From Candidatus Woesebacteria bacterium (GTDB lineage: Bacteria > Patescibacteriota > Microgenomatia > UBA8517): DNA of 64,000 nucleotides. Location of the stretch: NCBI GenBank assembly GCA_013426185.1, contig CP058602.1, positions 206,873 through 270,872 of the forward strand, in the 5' to 3' direction. Numbering within the stretch: position 1 is the stretch's first letter; each line of letters opens with the position of its first letter. Below, piece by piece: positions 10,220 to 19,958 of the stretch. The notes beneath the pieces were generated by a model. The model was not told the DNA's origin. It did no database searches and saw nothing but the letters and a program-made list of their open reading frames with translations. Both the position numbers and the translations under genes were made by a program.

Positions 10220-10765
10220 TTGGACCTCAAAAAAACACTTAAAACATTAAAACTTAATGAATCAACCATCAGTACTATTCTTGGTGTTATTGTTATTATC
10301 TTTGCCGGCGTTTTAGTTTTCAATTACCTTAAAAAAGGTAAGCAAGGTTCAACAGTTCCTGCAACAAATACCCAGATTGAAGAAAAAGAGGAAAATCAAA
10401 ATAACAAGAAAACATACACTGTTAAAAAAGGACAATCATTATGGATGATTGCAGAGGAAGTTTATGGATCAGGTTATAACTGGGTGGATATTGCCAAGGA
10501 GAATAATATTAAAAACCCAAATCTCATCAAAGAGGGGCAAGAATTAAAAATCCCTGCAGTCGAGGCTAAGATAGCCAAAACAACAGACGAGGCAAAAGAA
10601 AAGATCACAGGCGGCACTTATACAGTAGTTAAAGGCGATAATCTTTGGGAAATAGCAGTCAGAGCTTATGGAGATGGTTATAAATGGGTTGAGATTGCAA
10701 AGGAAAACAAGCTTGCCAATCCAAACTTAATTCATGCCGGAAATGTTTTAAGACTGCCGCGCTAG
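10220..10765 (+). CDS. Membrane-anchored protein with two LysM peptidoglycan-binding domains
   Basis: An N-terminal TM helix is followed by two LysM repeats (YTVKKGQSLWMIAEEVYG...LIKEGQELKIP and YTVVKGDNLWEIAVRAYG...LIHAGNVLRLP). The apparent start is TTG with a strong SD, and there is no in-frame ATG nearby. Confidence 0.75.
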   Translation: MDLKKTLKTLKLNESTISTILGVIVIIFAGVLVFNYLKKGKQGSTVPATNTQIEEKEENQNNKKTYTVKKGQSLWMIAEEVYGSGYNWVDIAKENNIKNPNLIKEGQELKIPAVEAKIAKTTDEAKEKITGGTYTVVKGDNLWEIAVRAYGDGYKWVEIAKENKLANPNLIHAGNVLRLPR

Positions 10766-10808
10766 TATTGCCAAAGCACCAGATTTTTCTTATAATGAAA
10801 GTGTTTTT

Positions 10809-10883
10809 GCAGCGGTAGTTCAGTGGTAGAATGTCTCCTTCCCAAGGAGAAGGTCGCCGGTTCAAATCCGGTCCGCTGCTCCA
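10809..10883 (+). tRNA. tRNA-Gly (anticodon CCC), CCA encoded
   Basis: GCAGCGGTAGTTCAGTGGTAGAATGTCTCCTTCCCAAGGAGAAGGTCGCCGGTTCAAATCCGGTCCGCTGCTCCA. Anticodon stem TCTCC/GGAGA with loop TTCCCAA. The acceptor stem pairs perfectly. Confidence 0.85.
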
Positions 10884-10886
10884 AGT

Positions 10887-11078
10887 TTACTTTTCTTTCA
10901 ACTCTTTCTTCAAAAGCTTTAAAGTTTCTTTTTTAGTCTCCTCAAGGCTCATACCCCAAACTTTGGCCATATGGCGAAAGTCGTCTTCAGTCAAAGAGCC
11001 GCCGCCTTTTGAAACTTTGCCTTTACCCATATCATCCTCAGGCAAACCGCAGCCACAGTTATAACACATAGAAATCAC
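10887..11078 (-). CDS. Small Cys-rich hypothetical protein (63 aa, CxxCxC near N-terminus)
   Basis: The ORF fills the gap between tRNA-Gly and the next gene: MISMCYNCGCGLPEDD...TEDDFRHMAKVWGMSLEETKK. No recognisable family. Codon usage matches neighbouring genes. Confidence 0.35.
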   Translation of the reverse strand: MISMCYNCGCGLPEDDMGKGKVSKGGGSLTEDDFRHMAKVWGMSLEETKKETLKLLKKELKEK

Positions 11079-11107
11079 CTCCTTTACAATAATATATAAT
11101 AAGAAAG

Positions 11108-11827
11108 ATGAAAATTAAATTGTTAAAAAAGAAAAAGGAGGGTAAAGATATAAAATCCTTCATTTTTGAAAAACCTAAAGGTTTCAATTTTAAACCTGGT
11201 CAGTTTATCTATCTCACTCTACCCAAGCTTTTTTTTGACGATCAAAGAGGAAATACAAGGCACTTTACCATTGCTTCATCTCCAACAGAAGAACACCTAA
11301 TGATAACCACAAGAATAAGAAAAGAATCAGGTTATAAAAGAACACTTGATAAAATGCAAAAAGGAGATTTGATTAATTATCGCGGCCCCTTTGGAGATTT
11401 TATCCTTGGAAAAGAAAAAAAAGAAACACAAGTTTTTGTAGCAGGAGGAATTGGCATAACCCCCTTTAGAAGTATTATCAAATATCAGATTGACAAAGGC
11501 TATAAGACTCCGATGCATTTGATCTATTCTTGTTCAACCACCGAGGAGATTGCTTTTCGAAAAGAACTTGAATGTTGGGAAAAAGAAGGAAAAATAAAAC
11601 TTGATATCACCATTACTCACCCTGAAGAGTCAAAAGAAAAATGGAAAAAGTTAACAGGAAGGTTAGACCATAAAATTCTTAAAAAGCTAACCAAAAATTA
11701 TGATCTTAAAAAGACCAGTTTTTGGCTTTGCGGTCCTCCCCCTTTTGTCTCTGCAATAGAGATTGAAGTTGAAAAATTAGGAATTAAAGAAAGAAACATC
11801 ATTACAGAAAAGTTCTCAGGATACTAG
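11108..11827 (+). CDS. FAD/NAD(P)-binding oxidoreductase (ferredoxin-reductase-type FNR fold)
   Basis: RHFTIASSP (the RxYS FAD motif) and FVAGGIGITPF (the NAD(P) GxGxxP motif), in a 239-aa two-domain layout. Confidence 0.7.
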   Translation: MKIKLLKKKKEGKDIKSFIFEKPKGFNFKPGQFIYLTLPKLFFDDQRGNTRHFTIASSPTEEHLMITTRIRKESGYKRTLDKMQKGDLINYRGPFGDFILGKEKKETQVFVAGGIGITPFRSIIKYQIDKGYKTPMHLIYSCSTTEEIAFRKELECWEKEGKIKLDITITHPEESKEKWKKLTGRLDHKILKKLTKNYDLKKTSFWLCGPPPFVSAIEIEVEKLGIKERNIITEKFSGY

Positions 11828-11828
11828 G

Positions 11829-13247
11829 ATGATCAAAATTCCTCTTAAATTTATCCTCATTTTAAGTCTTATTCCTATCTTTTTTATCGCTTCGATTGAT
11901 AGCGACCTTGGCTGGCATCTAAGATACGGAGGTTACTTTCTTGAAAACGGCAAATTTCTCAAAGAAAATATACTCACATATTTTCTTTCAGGCTACTATT
12001 GGCCTAACTCATATTCTCTTTACCAAGCTATAACCACAATCCTTTACAAAATTGGCAATCTACAGCTTTTAACTCTTAGCTACCTTCTGGTTATGCTTTT
12101 TTCTTTCTATCTACTTAATCTAACCTACCCCAAAACCACAAAAACAAACTATCTTCTTTTTTTACTTGGGGCAATTGCCTCCTGGCAGGTTTTCAGATTA
12201 GGCCCAAGAGCTCAAATTTATAGCTTTTTATTCTTTGTACTTACCAACTTCTACCTTAGCAAGATGATCGAAAAAGAGAATAAAAAATATTTTTTGATAT
12301 TACCCCTTCTTTTTCTTGTTTGGGTCAATTTCCACGGAGGATTCGTAGTTGGGTTTGCTCTTTTTCTTTATTACATTATAAAAAGCATCACTGATAAAAA
12401 ATGGGGTACAGCAACTTCAATTAGTCTTGTTTTTCTTGCTTCGCTTTTTGCCACCTTGATAAATCCATACAGTATAAAAATATATGCTGAAATAATACGC
12501 CATATCACCACACCATTAAGGCTCCTAATTGCCGAGTGGACCCCTTCGCCATTTTATATCAAATTAACTATTCTGACGTCCTCTATCTACTCGATACTTG
12601 TTTTACTCTTATCCAAAGCAAGAAATAAAATACCAAATTCAATATTTTTGCTGGTATTTATGTTTTCTGCGATAGAAGCAAAAAGAAACGTCCCTTTCTG
12701 ATCTTTATTTTTAACAATTACGATCCTTGACAGTTTGCAAGATAAAATAAAGGCAATTGAAAAAAATAGCATTATGACAAAGTTTGTTTATATCACTTCG
12801 CTTGCCGTTTTTATCTTTCCTATTTTTACCTCGCTACCCAAAAATGTCTCAATAATTTACGATCAAGATAGTTTCTGCCGTCAGGGGCTTTTGCCTTACC
12901 CTTGCAAAGCAGTTGAATTCATCAAGAAAGAAAAAATAGATGGCAAAAATGTCTTTTCTTCCTATGAATGGGGAGGATTTCTTGAATGGCAGCTGCCAGA
13001 ATATAAGTTCTTTGTTGATGGTAGAATGCCTGCATGGGAAACTAAAAACAAAGAAAGGCCATACACCACTTATCTAAAAATAATTCAAGCGCAAGAAGGC
13101 TGGGATAAAAAACTTGAAGAACACAAGACCGATTGGCTTCTTCTGCCGGCAAACACTTTTCTTGATTTGTATCTTCAAGAACAAAACTCAAATTGGAAAG
13201 AAATTTATCGGGATAAAATATCGGCAATTTATATCAAAAAAGAATAG
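11829..13247 (+). pseudogene. GT-C-like polytopic membrane protein (~470 aa) interrupted by a single in-frame TGA at 12699-12701
   Basis: ORFs 11829-12701 and 12735-13247 are in the same frame (both start at a multiple of 3). The 33 nt between them (SLFLTITILDS) has no further stop. The first extracytoplasmic loop contains SIDSDLGWHLRYG, a DxD-like motif. The C-terminal soluble domain (FVDGRMPAW) is typical of GT-C glycosyltransferases. Confidence 0.5.
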
Positions 13248-13278
13248 ATGTATAATATTAATACCTTGGAAAATGATA

Positions 13279-13353
13279 GCCAGCGTAGCTCAACGGTAGA
13301 GCAATCCCTTCGTAAGGGAGAGGTTGGAAGTTCAAATCTTCCCGTTGGCTCCA
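13279..13353 (+). tRNA. tRNA-Thr (anticodon CGT), CCA encoded
   Basis: GCCAGCGTAGCTCAACGGTAGAGCAATCCCTTCGTAAGGGAGAGGTTGGAAGTTCAAATCTTCCCGTTGGCTCCA. Anticodon loop TTCGTAA, T-arm GGAAGTTCAAATCTTCC, acceptor stem with one G-U pair. Confidence 0.8.
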
Positions 13354-13400
13354 GTCAAGACAGAAAGGCGGAGGATAATCCAACAACTAATACAACAAAT

Positions 13401-14117
13401 ATGAACAATGTTTATTCGAGAAGAGCTATAGTTCAGGAACGAAAAAACATAAGAAAGGCGGCTCTTTATATCCTCTTAACTATTTTAGCCATAATTATCT
13501 TTATTTTCTTTGGAATTCCCCTTATTGCCAAAACAGCCTCATTTATCGGAGAATTAAGAAAAAGCAACGGGCCGATTGAAAAAACAGACACCACGCCTCC
13601 TGCTTCGCCAACAATTCAATCCCCTCCTGAATACACCAATCAACCTAAAATAGAAATAAAAGGATCAACAGAACCTGGAATTAGCATCATAGTTAATGCT
13701 AATTCAAAAAAGGAAGAAATAATTTCAACCAAAGAAGGCCTCTTTACTTACACTTTTGAACTTAACGAAGGTGAGAACAAAATCTCTTTTATTGCCAAAG
13801 ACAATGCAGGTAACGAAAGTCAGGAATCGAAAGTCTATACTATAATTTATGACAATAAACCGCCAAAAATAACTATAGACTCACCAAAAGATGGAGAATC
13901 TTTCTATGGCTCCAAACAAAGGCAAATTGTAATTCAGGGTAAAGTAGAAGATGCAGACACCTTAAAAATAAACGATCGAATTGTAATTATTGAAAACGAT
14001 GGCAGTTTTACCTACGCAGTTACTCTTCAGGAGGGCGATAACAATTTTGAAATCGTAGCAAGCGACAAAGCAGGCAATACCACAACCGAAAGGCTCACCG
14101 TCCAGTTTTGGCGTTAG
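13401..14117 (+). CDS. Membrane-anchored surface protein with two bacterial Ig-like repeats
   Basis: The true start is probably the ATG at 13401 (MNNVYSRR), because the ORF-track N-terminus is translated tRNA-Thr. A TM anchor is followed by two about 90-aa repeats ending ISFIAKDNAGNESQESKVYTIIYDNKPP and NNFEIVASDKAGNTTTERLTVQF. Confidence 0.6.
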   Translation: MNNVYSRRAIVQERKNIRKAALYILLTILAIIIFIFFGIPLIAKTASFIGELRKSNGPIEKTDTTPPASPTIQSPPEYTNQPKIEIKGSTEPGISIIVNANSKKEEIISTKEGLFTYTFELNEGENKISFIAKDNAGNESQESKVYTIIYDNKPPKITIDSPKDGESFYGSKQRQIVIQGKVEDADTLKINDRIVIIENDGSFTYAVTLQEGDNNFEIVASDKAGNTTTERLTVQFWR

Positions 14118-15294
14118 AAGAAAACTCCAAAGCAAAAATAACTGCCAAGAAAGCCAAGATCCAAGGATAAAAAAGACTGTTATCAAACTGGCTGTGGACT
14201 AAAAGAGAGATAAAAGAGGCTCTGGTGGCAAAACCCAATTGGGAATAGCCTATCTTCTTAAAAATCTCAAATCCTAAATAAAAGATAATCATAAAACCAA
14301 CAATACCTAAAGTAGAAAGAATCAGTAAAAAAGAGGAGCTTGAGCCGCTGCAGCTATGAGTCAAGATATTATCAACGCCAAGAAAATTTCTTCGAGCAAG
14401 ACAAAGATTATCAAATCCAACACCAAAAAGCGGCGAATAAGAAAAAATCTTCAAAGTTTCTTTATAATCATTGACTCTATCTGAAACACTGTAAAGCCTT
14501 TTTAAATTAACCCCCTCCCCTGCAGGCTTGGGCACAAAAGACAAAATTAAGATAAACAATATCAAAAAAATACCAATTTTCAACCATTTTTCTTTGAATA
14601 AAAAGGAGAGATAAAAAACAGAAACCAATAAAGAAAAATAACTTGCTCTTGAAAAAGTCAGGGAAACGCCAAGCAAAAAAAGAAAAGCTAAAAATATAAA
14701 TCTTTTATGGCTAGTAGACTTATACTTCACCCAAGACAAGATAAAACCAAAAACAAAAATAATACCAGTAAAACCAGGGTCTAAAAAGGCGCCTGTCATT
14801 CGAAAAAGATGATCATCCCACCCCAAAAATTTAAGAGAGGTCAAATCAGGATAAAGAAAATATTGAACAAGACCAAACAAAAGAGAAAAAAATAAGACTG
14901 AAAGGAGGCTACCAAACAAAACTGCAATCATCTTCTTGTTTTCCCTCAAAAAATCAAATAATAAAAGGCAAAAACCCAAATAAAAGACAACTCTCGCAAA
15001 ATATAAAAAGCCAATCAAAACTTCTCTAGTCTTAAATAAAAAGGCAGAATATATGAAAGAAAAAATAAAAGGTAAAAATAAAGTCCAAAGATTTCGATTT
15101 AAAAAGTAACCTTTTATCTTGCCCGAGAAAATAAGCAAGATGAAACCAATAAAGGCCAGGAAATCAAGAAGAATAAAGGAAACCCTAAAACCAAACAAGT
15201 TAAAATCAAAGGCCAAAAGACGCCCAAAGGGAAAGGCAACAAGAAAAGAGAAAACTAAAAACTCAACTATTTTTTGCTTTTTTGTAAGAGCCAT
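14095..15294 (-). CDS. Wzy/O-antigen-ligase-like polytopic membrane protein (putative glycan polymerase)
   Basis: 399 aa with 10 or more TM helices and a large extracytoplasmic loop near the C-terminal third (O-antigen ligase/Wzy_C architecture). It lies in a glycan locus. Confidence 0.5.
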   Translation of the reverse strand: MALTKKQKIVEFLVFSFLVAFPFGRLLAFDFNLFGFRVSFILLDFLAFIGFILLIFSGKIKGYFLNRNLWTLFLPFIFSFIYSAFLFKTREVLIGFLYFARVVFYLGFCLLLFDFLRENKKMIAVLFGSLLSVLFFSLLFGLVQYFLYPDLTSLKFLGWDDHLFRMTGAFLDPGFTGIIFVFGFILSWVKYKSTSHKRFIFLAFLFLLGVSLTFSRASYFSLLVSVFYLSFLFKEKWLKIGIFLILFILILSFVPKPAGEGVNLKRLYSVSDRVNDYKETLKIFSYSPLFGVGFDNLCLARRNFLGVDNILTHSCSGSSSSFLLILSTLGIVGFMIIFYLGFEIFKKIGYSQLGFATRASFISLLVHSQFDNSLFYPWILAFLAVIFALEFSSNAKTGR

Positions 15295-16019
15295 AATTTA
15301 CTCCAAGACAAAAACGAATGAAAACTCATCAAAAGAGAAAAAACCAAGCCATAATTGCCATCTAAAAATCCTAACTTGAAGATAAAATTATCTAGAAATT
15401 TAGATGGCGGACAAAAAATTATCTTAAACAAATTTGATTTTTTCCCTTCCTCTAAGTTGGAGACAGCATGAAGATCAGAGTAAAAATTAATCTTATCAAT
15501 AAAATCTTTAAGACTGAAAGAAGTGTAATGATCAAGATAGTTATTCAGAGTCCCAACCTTTCCTTCTACTTCCCAAAACTCATGAACCTTGCGTTTCCAA
15601 ATTCCAGAATTTTTCCTTGCCAAGCGTAAAACTTTATCATCTTTTGCCTGCCCGTATTTTATTTCCCTTCCCAAAAAAAATGTTCTTCTTTTCAAAAAAT
15701 AACCTGAGATTTTGTTCAAAGGATCGTTGATTTTGCTTACAATTTCAAGTTTAAGAGATTCGGAAACTATTTCATCTGAATCAACAAACAAAACCCAATT
15801 TCCATTTGCCTTTTCAAGACCAAAATTGCGCTGAGAAGAAAAATCCCCAGCCAGTTTTCTTTGAAAGACTAAAGCCCCGAGACTTCTTGCAACCTCAACT
15901 GTCTTGTCTTCCGAAAAATCGTCTACTAAGATAATCTCATCACAGAAAGCCAAGCTCTCAAGACACAGCTTGATATTTTTTTCCTCATTCTTTGACAAAA
16001 CGACAGCTGAAAGCATCAT
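15267..16019 (-). CDS. Glycosyltransferase family 2
   Basis: AVVLSKNEEKNIKLCLESL...IILVDDFSEDKT...LFVDSDEIV (GT-A DxD). Confidence 0.75.
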   Translation of the reverse strand: MMLSAVVLSKNEEKNIKLCLESLAFCDEIILVDDFSEDKTVEVARSLGALVFQRKLAGDFSSQRNFGLEKANGNWVLFVDSDEIVSESLKLEIVSKINDPLNKISGYFLKRRTFFLGREIKYGQAKDDKVLRLARKNSGIWKRKVHEFWEVEGKVGTLNNYLDHYTSFSLKDFIDKINFYSDLHAVSNLEEGKKSNLFKIIFCPPSKFLDNFIFKLGFLDGNYGLVFSLLMSFHSFLSWSKLWLLQKSKK

Positions 16020-16061
16020 TTAATAATTTTAAGACTTTATCACACTCCAAACAACCAAAAA

Positions 16062-16943
16062 CTAAAAAATCCTCCTAAGCAAAAGGAATACTATCAAAAT
16101 CAAAAGCAAAAATAAGAAATGCCATTTGGAAAATCTGGCAAAAACTTCAACCAAAAGTGCGGGAGCTAGACCAAAATGCTTTTTAAAATAATAGAATCTG
16201 CTTTTCTTAAAAATTTTCTTTATATAGGGAGGGTCTTTTTTGCCACCAGACCAAAAATGAACAACTTCTGACTCAGGAATAATATATAACTTATAACCCA
16301 GCTTCTTAATTCTTATCCCCAAATCGCTTTCCTCAAAAAAAAGAAAAATATTTTCATCAAAACCGCCAATCCTTTCAAAAACATCCTTTCTAATCAAAAA
16401 GGCAGAACCAGGGACAACATCCACCTCTCTTTTTTGATTAAGAGGCAAATCTTTAAGCCAATAATCCCTTGATATTTTGTTATGAGGAAAAACTTTGTTC
16501 AGAAAAGAAAGAGCAACTATACCCCTAAGTGGAGTAAGTTCTCTTGACCCCAGCTGAGTAAAAATTTTACCCTTTTTATCAATCAAATTCGGAGCTACCA
16601 CTGTCACATCCTTATTTTTAACCAAAAAATCAACTAAAGTGTCTATAGAACCAGGTTTGATTAAAGTATCAGGATTTAAGATCATTAAAAAATCACCATT
16701 TGCAAGGGAGGCACCTAAGTTATTACCAGCTCCATAACCAATATTTCCCGGAGATTTTACATACTTTATCCGATTAAACTGCTTTTTTACCTCTTTTTCT
16801 ATCCTCTTTACCTCATTATTATCAACTACTATCACCTCAAAAGAAACTTTAGGCCTGTTTTCTTTAATTGATTTAAGACAACTAAAAAGTGCCTCTTTAT
16901 CTTTATAATAAACAATAATTATTGAGACTTTTACTTTTGACAT
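16062..16943 (-). CDS. Glycosyltransferase family 2
   Basis: KVSIIIVYYKDKEALFSCLKSI...VIVVDNN...DPDTL. GT2 fold. Confidence 0.75.
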   Translation of the reverse strand: MSKVKVSIIIVYYKDKEALFSCLKSIKENRPKVSFEVIVVDNNEVKRIEKEVKKQFNRIKYVKSPGNIGYGAGNNLGASLANGDFLMILNPDTLIKPGSIDTLVDFLVKNKDVTVVAPNLIDKKGKIFTQLGSRELTPLRGIVALSFLNKVFPHNKISRDYWLKDLPLNQKREVDVVPGSAFLIRKDVFERIGGFDENIFLFFEESDLGIRIKKLGYKLYIIPESEVVHFWSGGKKDPPYIKKIFKKSRFYYFKKHFGLAPALLVEVFARFSKWHFLFLLLILIVFLLLRRIF

Positions 16944-17689
16944 ATTGCTATAAAAAATTCAGCATTTTTAATATCTGAGGTAATAGGAAAATCGGAAGTT
17001 TTAAGCGATTCCTGAGTCGCGCGGCCAAAGAAAGCTCCCAATAATTTCCAAATCTTTTCTTTCAAAGGTTTTGGCAGCAGTTTTCTAATACCAAAACTAT
17101 CACCCTGCACCATTTTTTCTCTCGCTTTTTGTGACTTAAGAAAATCGTCGAAGGCACTCTTTGCCTTTTCGCTTTTTGACTGGCCCATTATTTCCACTCT
17201 CTTAAAATACTTCTTCAATAAAGAAGACAATTCATCATAACTATATTCCCTGATATGATAAGGGCTTCTTAATTTGCGGCCAACTCTTTTGGGCGTAGAC
17301 ATTATAAACTTGCCTTCTTTTTTTAGAACCCTCTTTACTTCAGAGAGCATTTTCCTATCATCTTCAATGTGTTCTAAAACTTCAAAAGAACAGACTGCGT
17401 CAAATTCATCATCTCCAAATGGCAAAAAGACAGCGTCGGCAAAAATAAAACTTGCACTACCTGAATAATGTTTCTTGGCATAAGATATTGCCTCTTTATC
17501 AGAGTCAACAGCAAAAACTTCAAAACTTTTTGAAAGCAAGTTGCTGCCATAACCTGTACCGCAGCCAAGGTCCAAAACTTTAATTCCTTTCTTAAGATTC
17601 GCTCGAGCGAATTCATAGCGCGCAAGTGACTCCTGAAACTGAAAATTAGCAGTAACACCCGGTATCACTCTTTCATTAAAATCCATCAT
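16931..17689 (-). CDS. Class I SAM-dependent methyltransferase
   Basis: SAM motif I, VLDLGCGTGYGSNLL, plus an acidic motif II, VFAVDSD. Confidence 0.7.
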   Translation of the reverse strand: MMDFNERVIPGVTANFQFQESLARYEFARANLKKGIKVLDLGCGTGYGSNLLSKSFEVFAVDSDKEAISYAKKHYSGSASFIFADAVFLPFGDDEFDAVCSFEVLEHIEDDRKMLSEVKRVLKKEGKFIMSTPKRVGRKLRSPYHIREYSYDELSSLLKKYFKRVEIMGQSKSEKAKSAFDDFLKSQKAREKMVQGDSFGIRKLLPKPLKEKIWKLLGAFFGRATQESLKTSDFPITSDIKNAEFFIAICQK

Positions 17690-17693
17690 AAAA

Positions 17694-18944
17694 TCATTTT
17701 TCTTTAAAGACTTTAGCCAAATAATAAAAGACCAAAGGAAGAGAAACTAAAGTGCCAAAAAGAGCCGAAAAACCAGCTCCCACTATACCAAATTTAATTA
17801 CTAGAGGAACAATAGTTAAACCAAGGCCCAAAATGCCAACTAAAGTAACTATTGTAGAATACTCTTGTTTATCAACGCCCAGGTAAAGAGAATGAGCAGA
17901 ACTTGCAATAGACCTTACTATACCAAAAATAGATAGGACCTTAATTACAGGAACGGCAGAAAGCCATTTTTCCCCCAAAACTATTCTTACCAAAGGATCT
18001 GTAAAGAAAAATAAAATCAAGCCAAAAGGAACAACCAAAGCAGAAATTGTCAAGGTAACTTTATAAAAAGCCTTCTTTAACCTTTCTTTATCGTCTTTAA
18101 TCAAATTATAAACAGGAAAGGTCACCTTGTTAAAAACCTGACCGACCTCGTAAACAGGAAGAGAGGAAATTTTATAAGCAACTTGATAAATTCCCAAAGA
18201 TTGAGTTCCCATTATTCTCCCTACCACCCAATCATCACCCTGCTCAAAAAGATAGTTAAAGACACCAGCAAAAGTTAACCATTTGCCTCGCGAGATGATA
18301 TACCTAATTTTTTCCTTCTCAAACTTAAATCTTGGAGTAGGTTTCAAAAAATAGAAGGAAAGAAAAACCTCAAGAAGGGCACTACCGATAAGGCCAATAG
18401 CTAGACTCAAAACAGACTTTGTTAAGAAAGCAAAAAGAATAGCAAGCGTTGCATCAAAAGAAAAAACAGAAAACCTTAAAAGAAACTCTTTTTTAAAATC
18501 AAGTTCCTTTTGAAAACTAACTATCATTGGGTTGATAAACCCTCTTAAAAAAGGCACTAAACTCAAAAAGAGAATTACATTTAAAGAAGCAGGACTGCCA
18601 AAGAAAAGAGAAACAGGATAACTAACAAGAATCATAAGAAAAGAAATTAACATACCGCGAAAGATAGAAACAACCCAAGCGGTATCAAGATAATGGACCA
18701 ACTTTTTACGCGATTGGATTAAGACAATATTTACTCCTGTTTCTGTTATTACCTCAAGAAAAGCAAGTATCAAAGAACCAACACCGTAAATACCAAACTG
18801 GTCAGGAGTTAGAAGCCTTGCCAAAATGGCTATCCTTAAAAAAGCTATCGCACGCGTCGAAGCCCTGAGAAGACCCATCCAAGAAACTCCCTTCGCCGCA
18901 TTTTTAAAGTATCCCACAGACAGATTGTAACCTAAAAATGGCAA
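17694..18944 (-). CDS. Wzx-type oligosaccharide flippase (MOP/polysaccharide biosynthesis protein family)
   Basis: 416 aa with about 12 TM helices and the Polysacc_synt N-terminal pattern (LLRASTRAIAFLRIAILARLLTPDQFG). Confidence 0.65.
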   Translation of the reverse strand: MPFLGYNLSVGYFKNAAKGVSWMGLLRASTRAIAFLRIAILARLLTPDQFGIYGVGSLILAFLEVITETGVNIVLIQSRKKLVHYLDTAWVVSIFRGMLISFLMILVSYPVSLFFGSPASLNVILFLSLVPFLRGFINPMIVSFQKELDFKKEFLLRFSVFSFDATLAILFAFLTKSVLSLAIGLIGSALLEVFLSFYFLKPTPRFKFEKEKIRYIISRGKWLTFAGVFNYLFEQGDDWVVGRIMGTQSLGIYQVAYKISSLPVYEVGQVFNKVTFPVYNLIKDDKERLKKAFYKVTLTISALVVPFGLILFFFTDPLVRIVLGEKWLSAVPVIKVLSIFGIVRSIASSAHSLYLGVDKQEYSTIVTLVGILGLGLTIVPLVIKFGIVGAGFSALFGTLVSLPLVFYYLAKVFKEK

Positions 18945-18956
18945 ATATTAAAGAAA

Positions 18957-19922
18957 TTATCTTTCAAAAATTCCTTTCAGAAGACCAAGAATTACAGCAA
19001 AATCAGAAACAATCTGAACCAAAGGCAAATAAAGACGCTCTTTTTTCGTTTTTAAAACATCTCTCCACTTGTAAATCGGCCACAAAAGATAAAGCAAAAA
19101 CAAAAAAGGAACCCAAAAATAGAATCGTGTAAATCTTAAAAACTGAACCGATAAAAACAAAAATAAAATATAACGAGCAAAGACTAAAATTATTTTAATA
19201 TTGTGCGACATTAGGCCTTTGGATGGATGCCAGAAAATTTTGGATTTAATATCTCCACAGGCATAGCTTGAAACCTTGCCAAAGAATTCTTTAAGACTGA
19301 GCTTCCCCGGTTCTCCCCACACTACCCTAGCCTCTTTTGCCCTTGCAATTTTCACGCCAGATTTCACAGCTTTATAAAAAAACAAAGAATCCTCACCTGT
19401 TTTCTTTAAGCTTTCATCAAAACCCCTTAGCTTTTCCCAAACTTCTTTTCTAAAAGCGACACTTCTTGTTGAAGGCAAAAAAGAGATGGGGTCAAATCTT
19501 TCCTCAGGAACTCCAAGATAACAAGATATTACCTTTCCGAAAGGAGTTGGGGCTGGCATTTCATAAAAACCAGCAACTATTCCTATTTCTTTATGCCTCA
19601 AAAAATAGACAAGATTTTCAAGCCAATCACGATAAGGCTCGCAACCGGCATCAGTCAAGGCAACTATCTCATTTTTGGCCAGACTTATGGATAAATTTCT
19701 GCCCTGAGCAATGGTTGATTTCTCAACAACAAGCCTAATGCTCTTATCTTTCTTTTGAAAATGCCTGATTATTTCAGCTGTTTTATCAGTTGATCCTCCA
19801 TCAACAATAACTATCTCATCAGGCTTTTTAGTCTGCTCCAAAAGCCCCTCCAATACCCTCCCAATCGTCTTCTCCTCATTCAAAACCGTCAAACAAACAG
19901 AAACTTTCATATCAAAAATCAA
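18957..19922 (-). CDS. Glycosyltransferase family 2 with C-terminal TM helices
   Basis: KVSVCLTVLNEEKTIGRVLEGL...IVIVDGGSTDKT...TDAGCE. Confidence 0.7.
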   Translation of the reverse strand: MIFDMKVSVCLTVLNEEKTIGRVLEGLLEQTKKPDEIVIVDGGSTDKTAEIIRHFQKKDKSIRLVVEKSTIAQGRNLSISLAKNEIVALTDAGCEPYRDWLENLVYFLRHKEIGIVAGFYEMPAPTPFGKVISCYLGVPEERFDPISFLPSTRSVAFRKEVWEKLRGFDESLKKTGEDSLFFYKAVKSGVKIARAKEARVVWGEPGKLSLKEFFGKVSSYACGDIKSKIFWHPSKGLMSHNIKIILVFARYILFLFLSVQFLRFTRFYFWVPFLFLLYLLWPIYKWRDVLKTKKERLYLPLVQIVSDFAVILGLLKGIFER

Positions 19923-19958
19923 AACAATTAAAACATAAAATCTGTCAAAAATTTTCGA

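Noticed and set aside
10831-11064. 77-aa plus-strand ORF
   Set aside because: It begins inside tRNA-Gly and runs antisense to the Cys-rich ORF, with a low-complexity composition. It is spurious.
12699-12701. Alternative genetic code (TGA = Gly/Trp, as in some CPR lineages) to explain the in-frame TGA
   Set aside because: TGA terminates gatA and other well-defined genes at their expected C-termini, and long ORFs are intact under the standard code. Code 4/25 would fuse many genes.
13248-13400. N-terminal 51 codons of the ORF-track ORF 13248-14117
   Set aside because: This stretch is the tRNA-Thr gene read as protein (SQRSSTVEQSLRKGEVGSSNLPVGS). The real CDS starts at the ATG at 13401.
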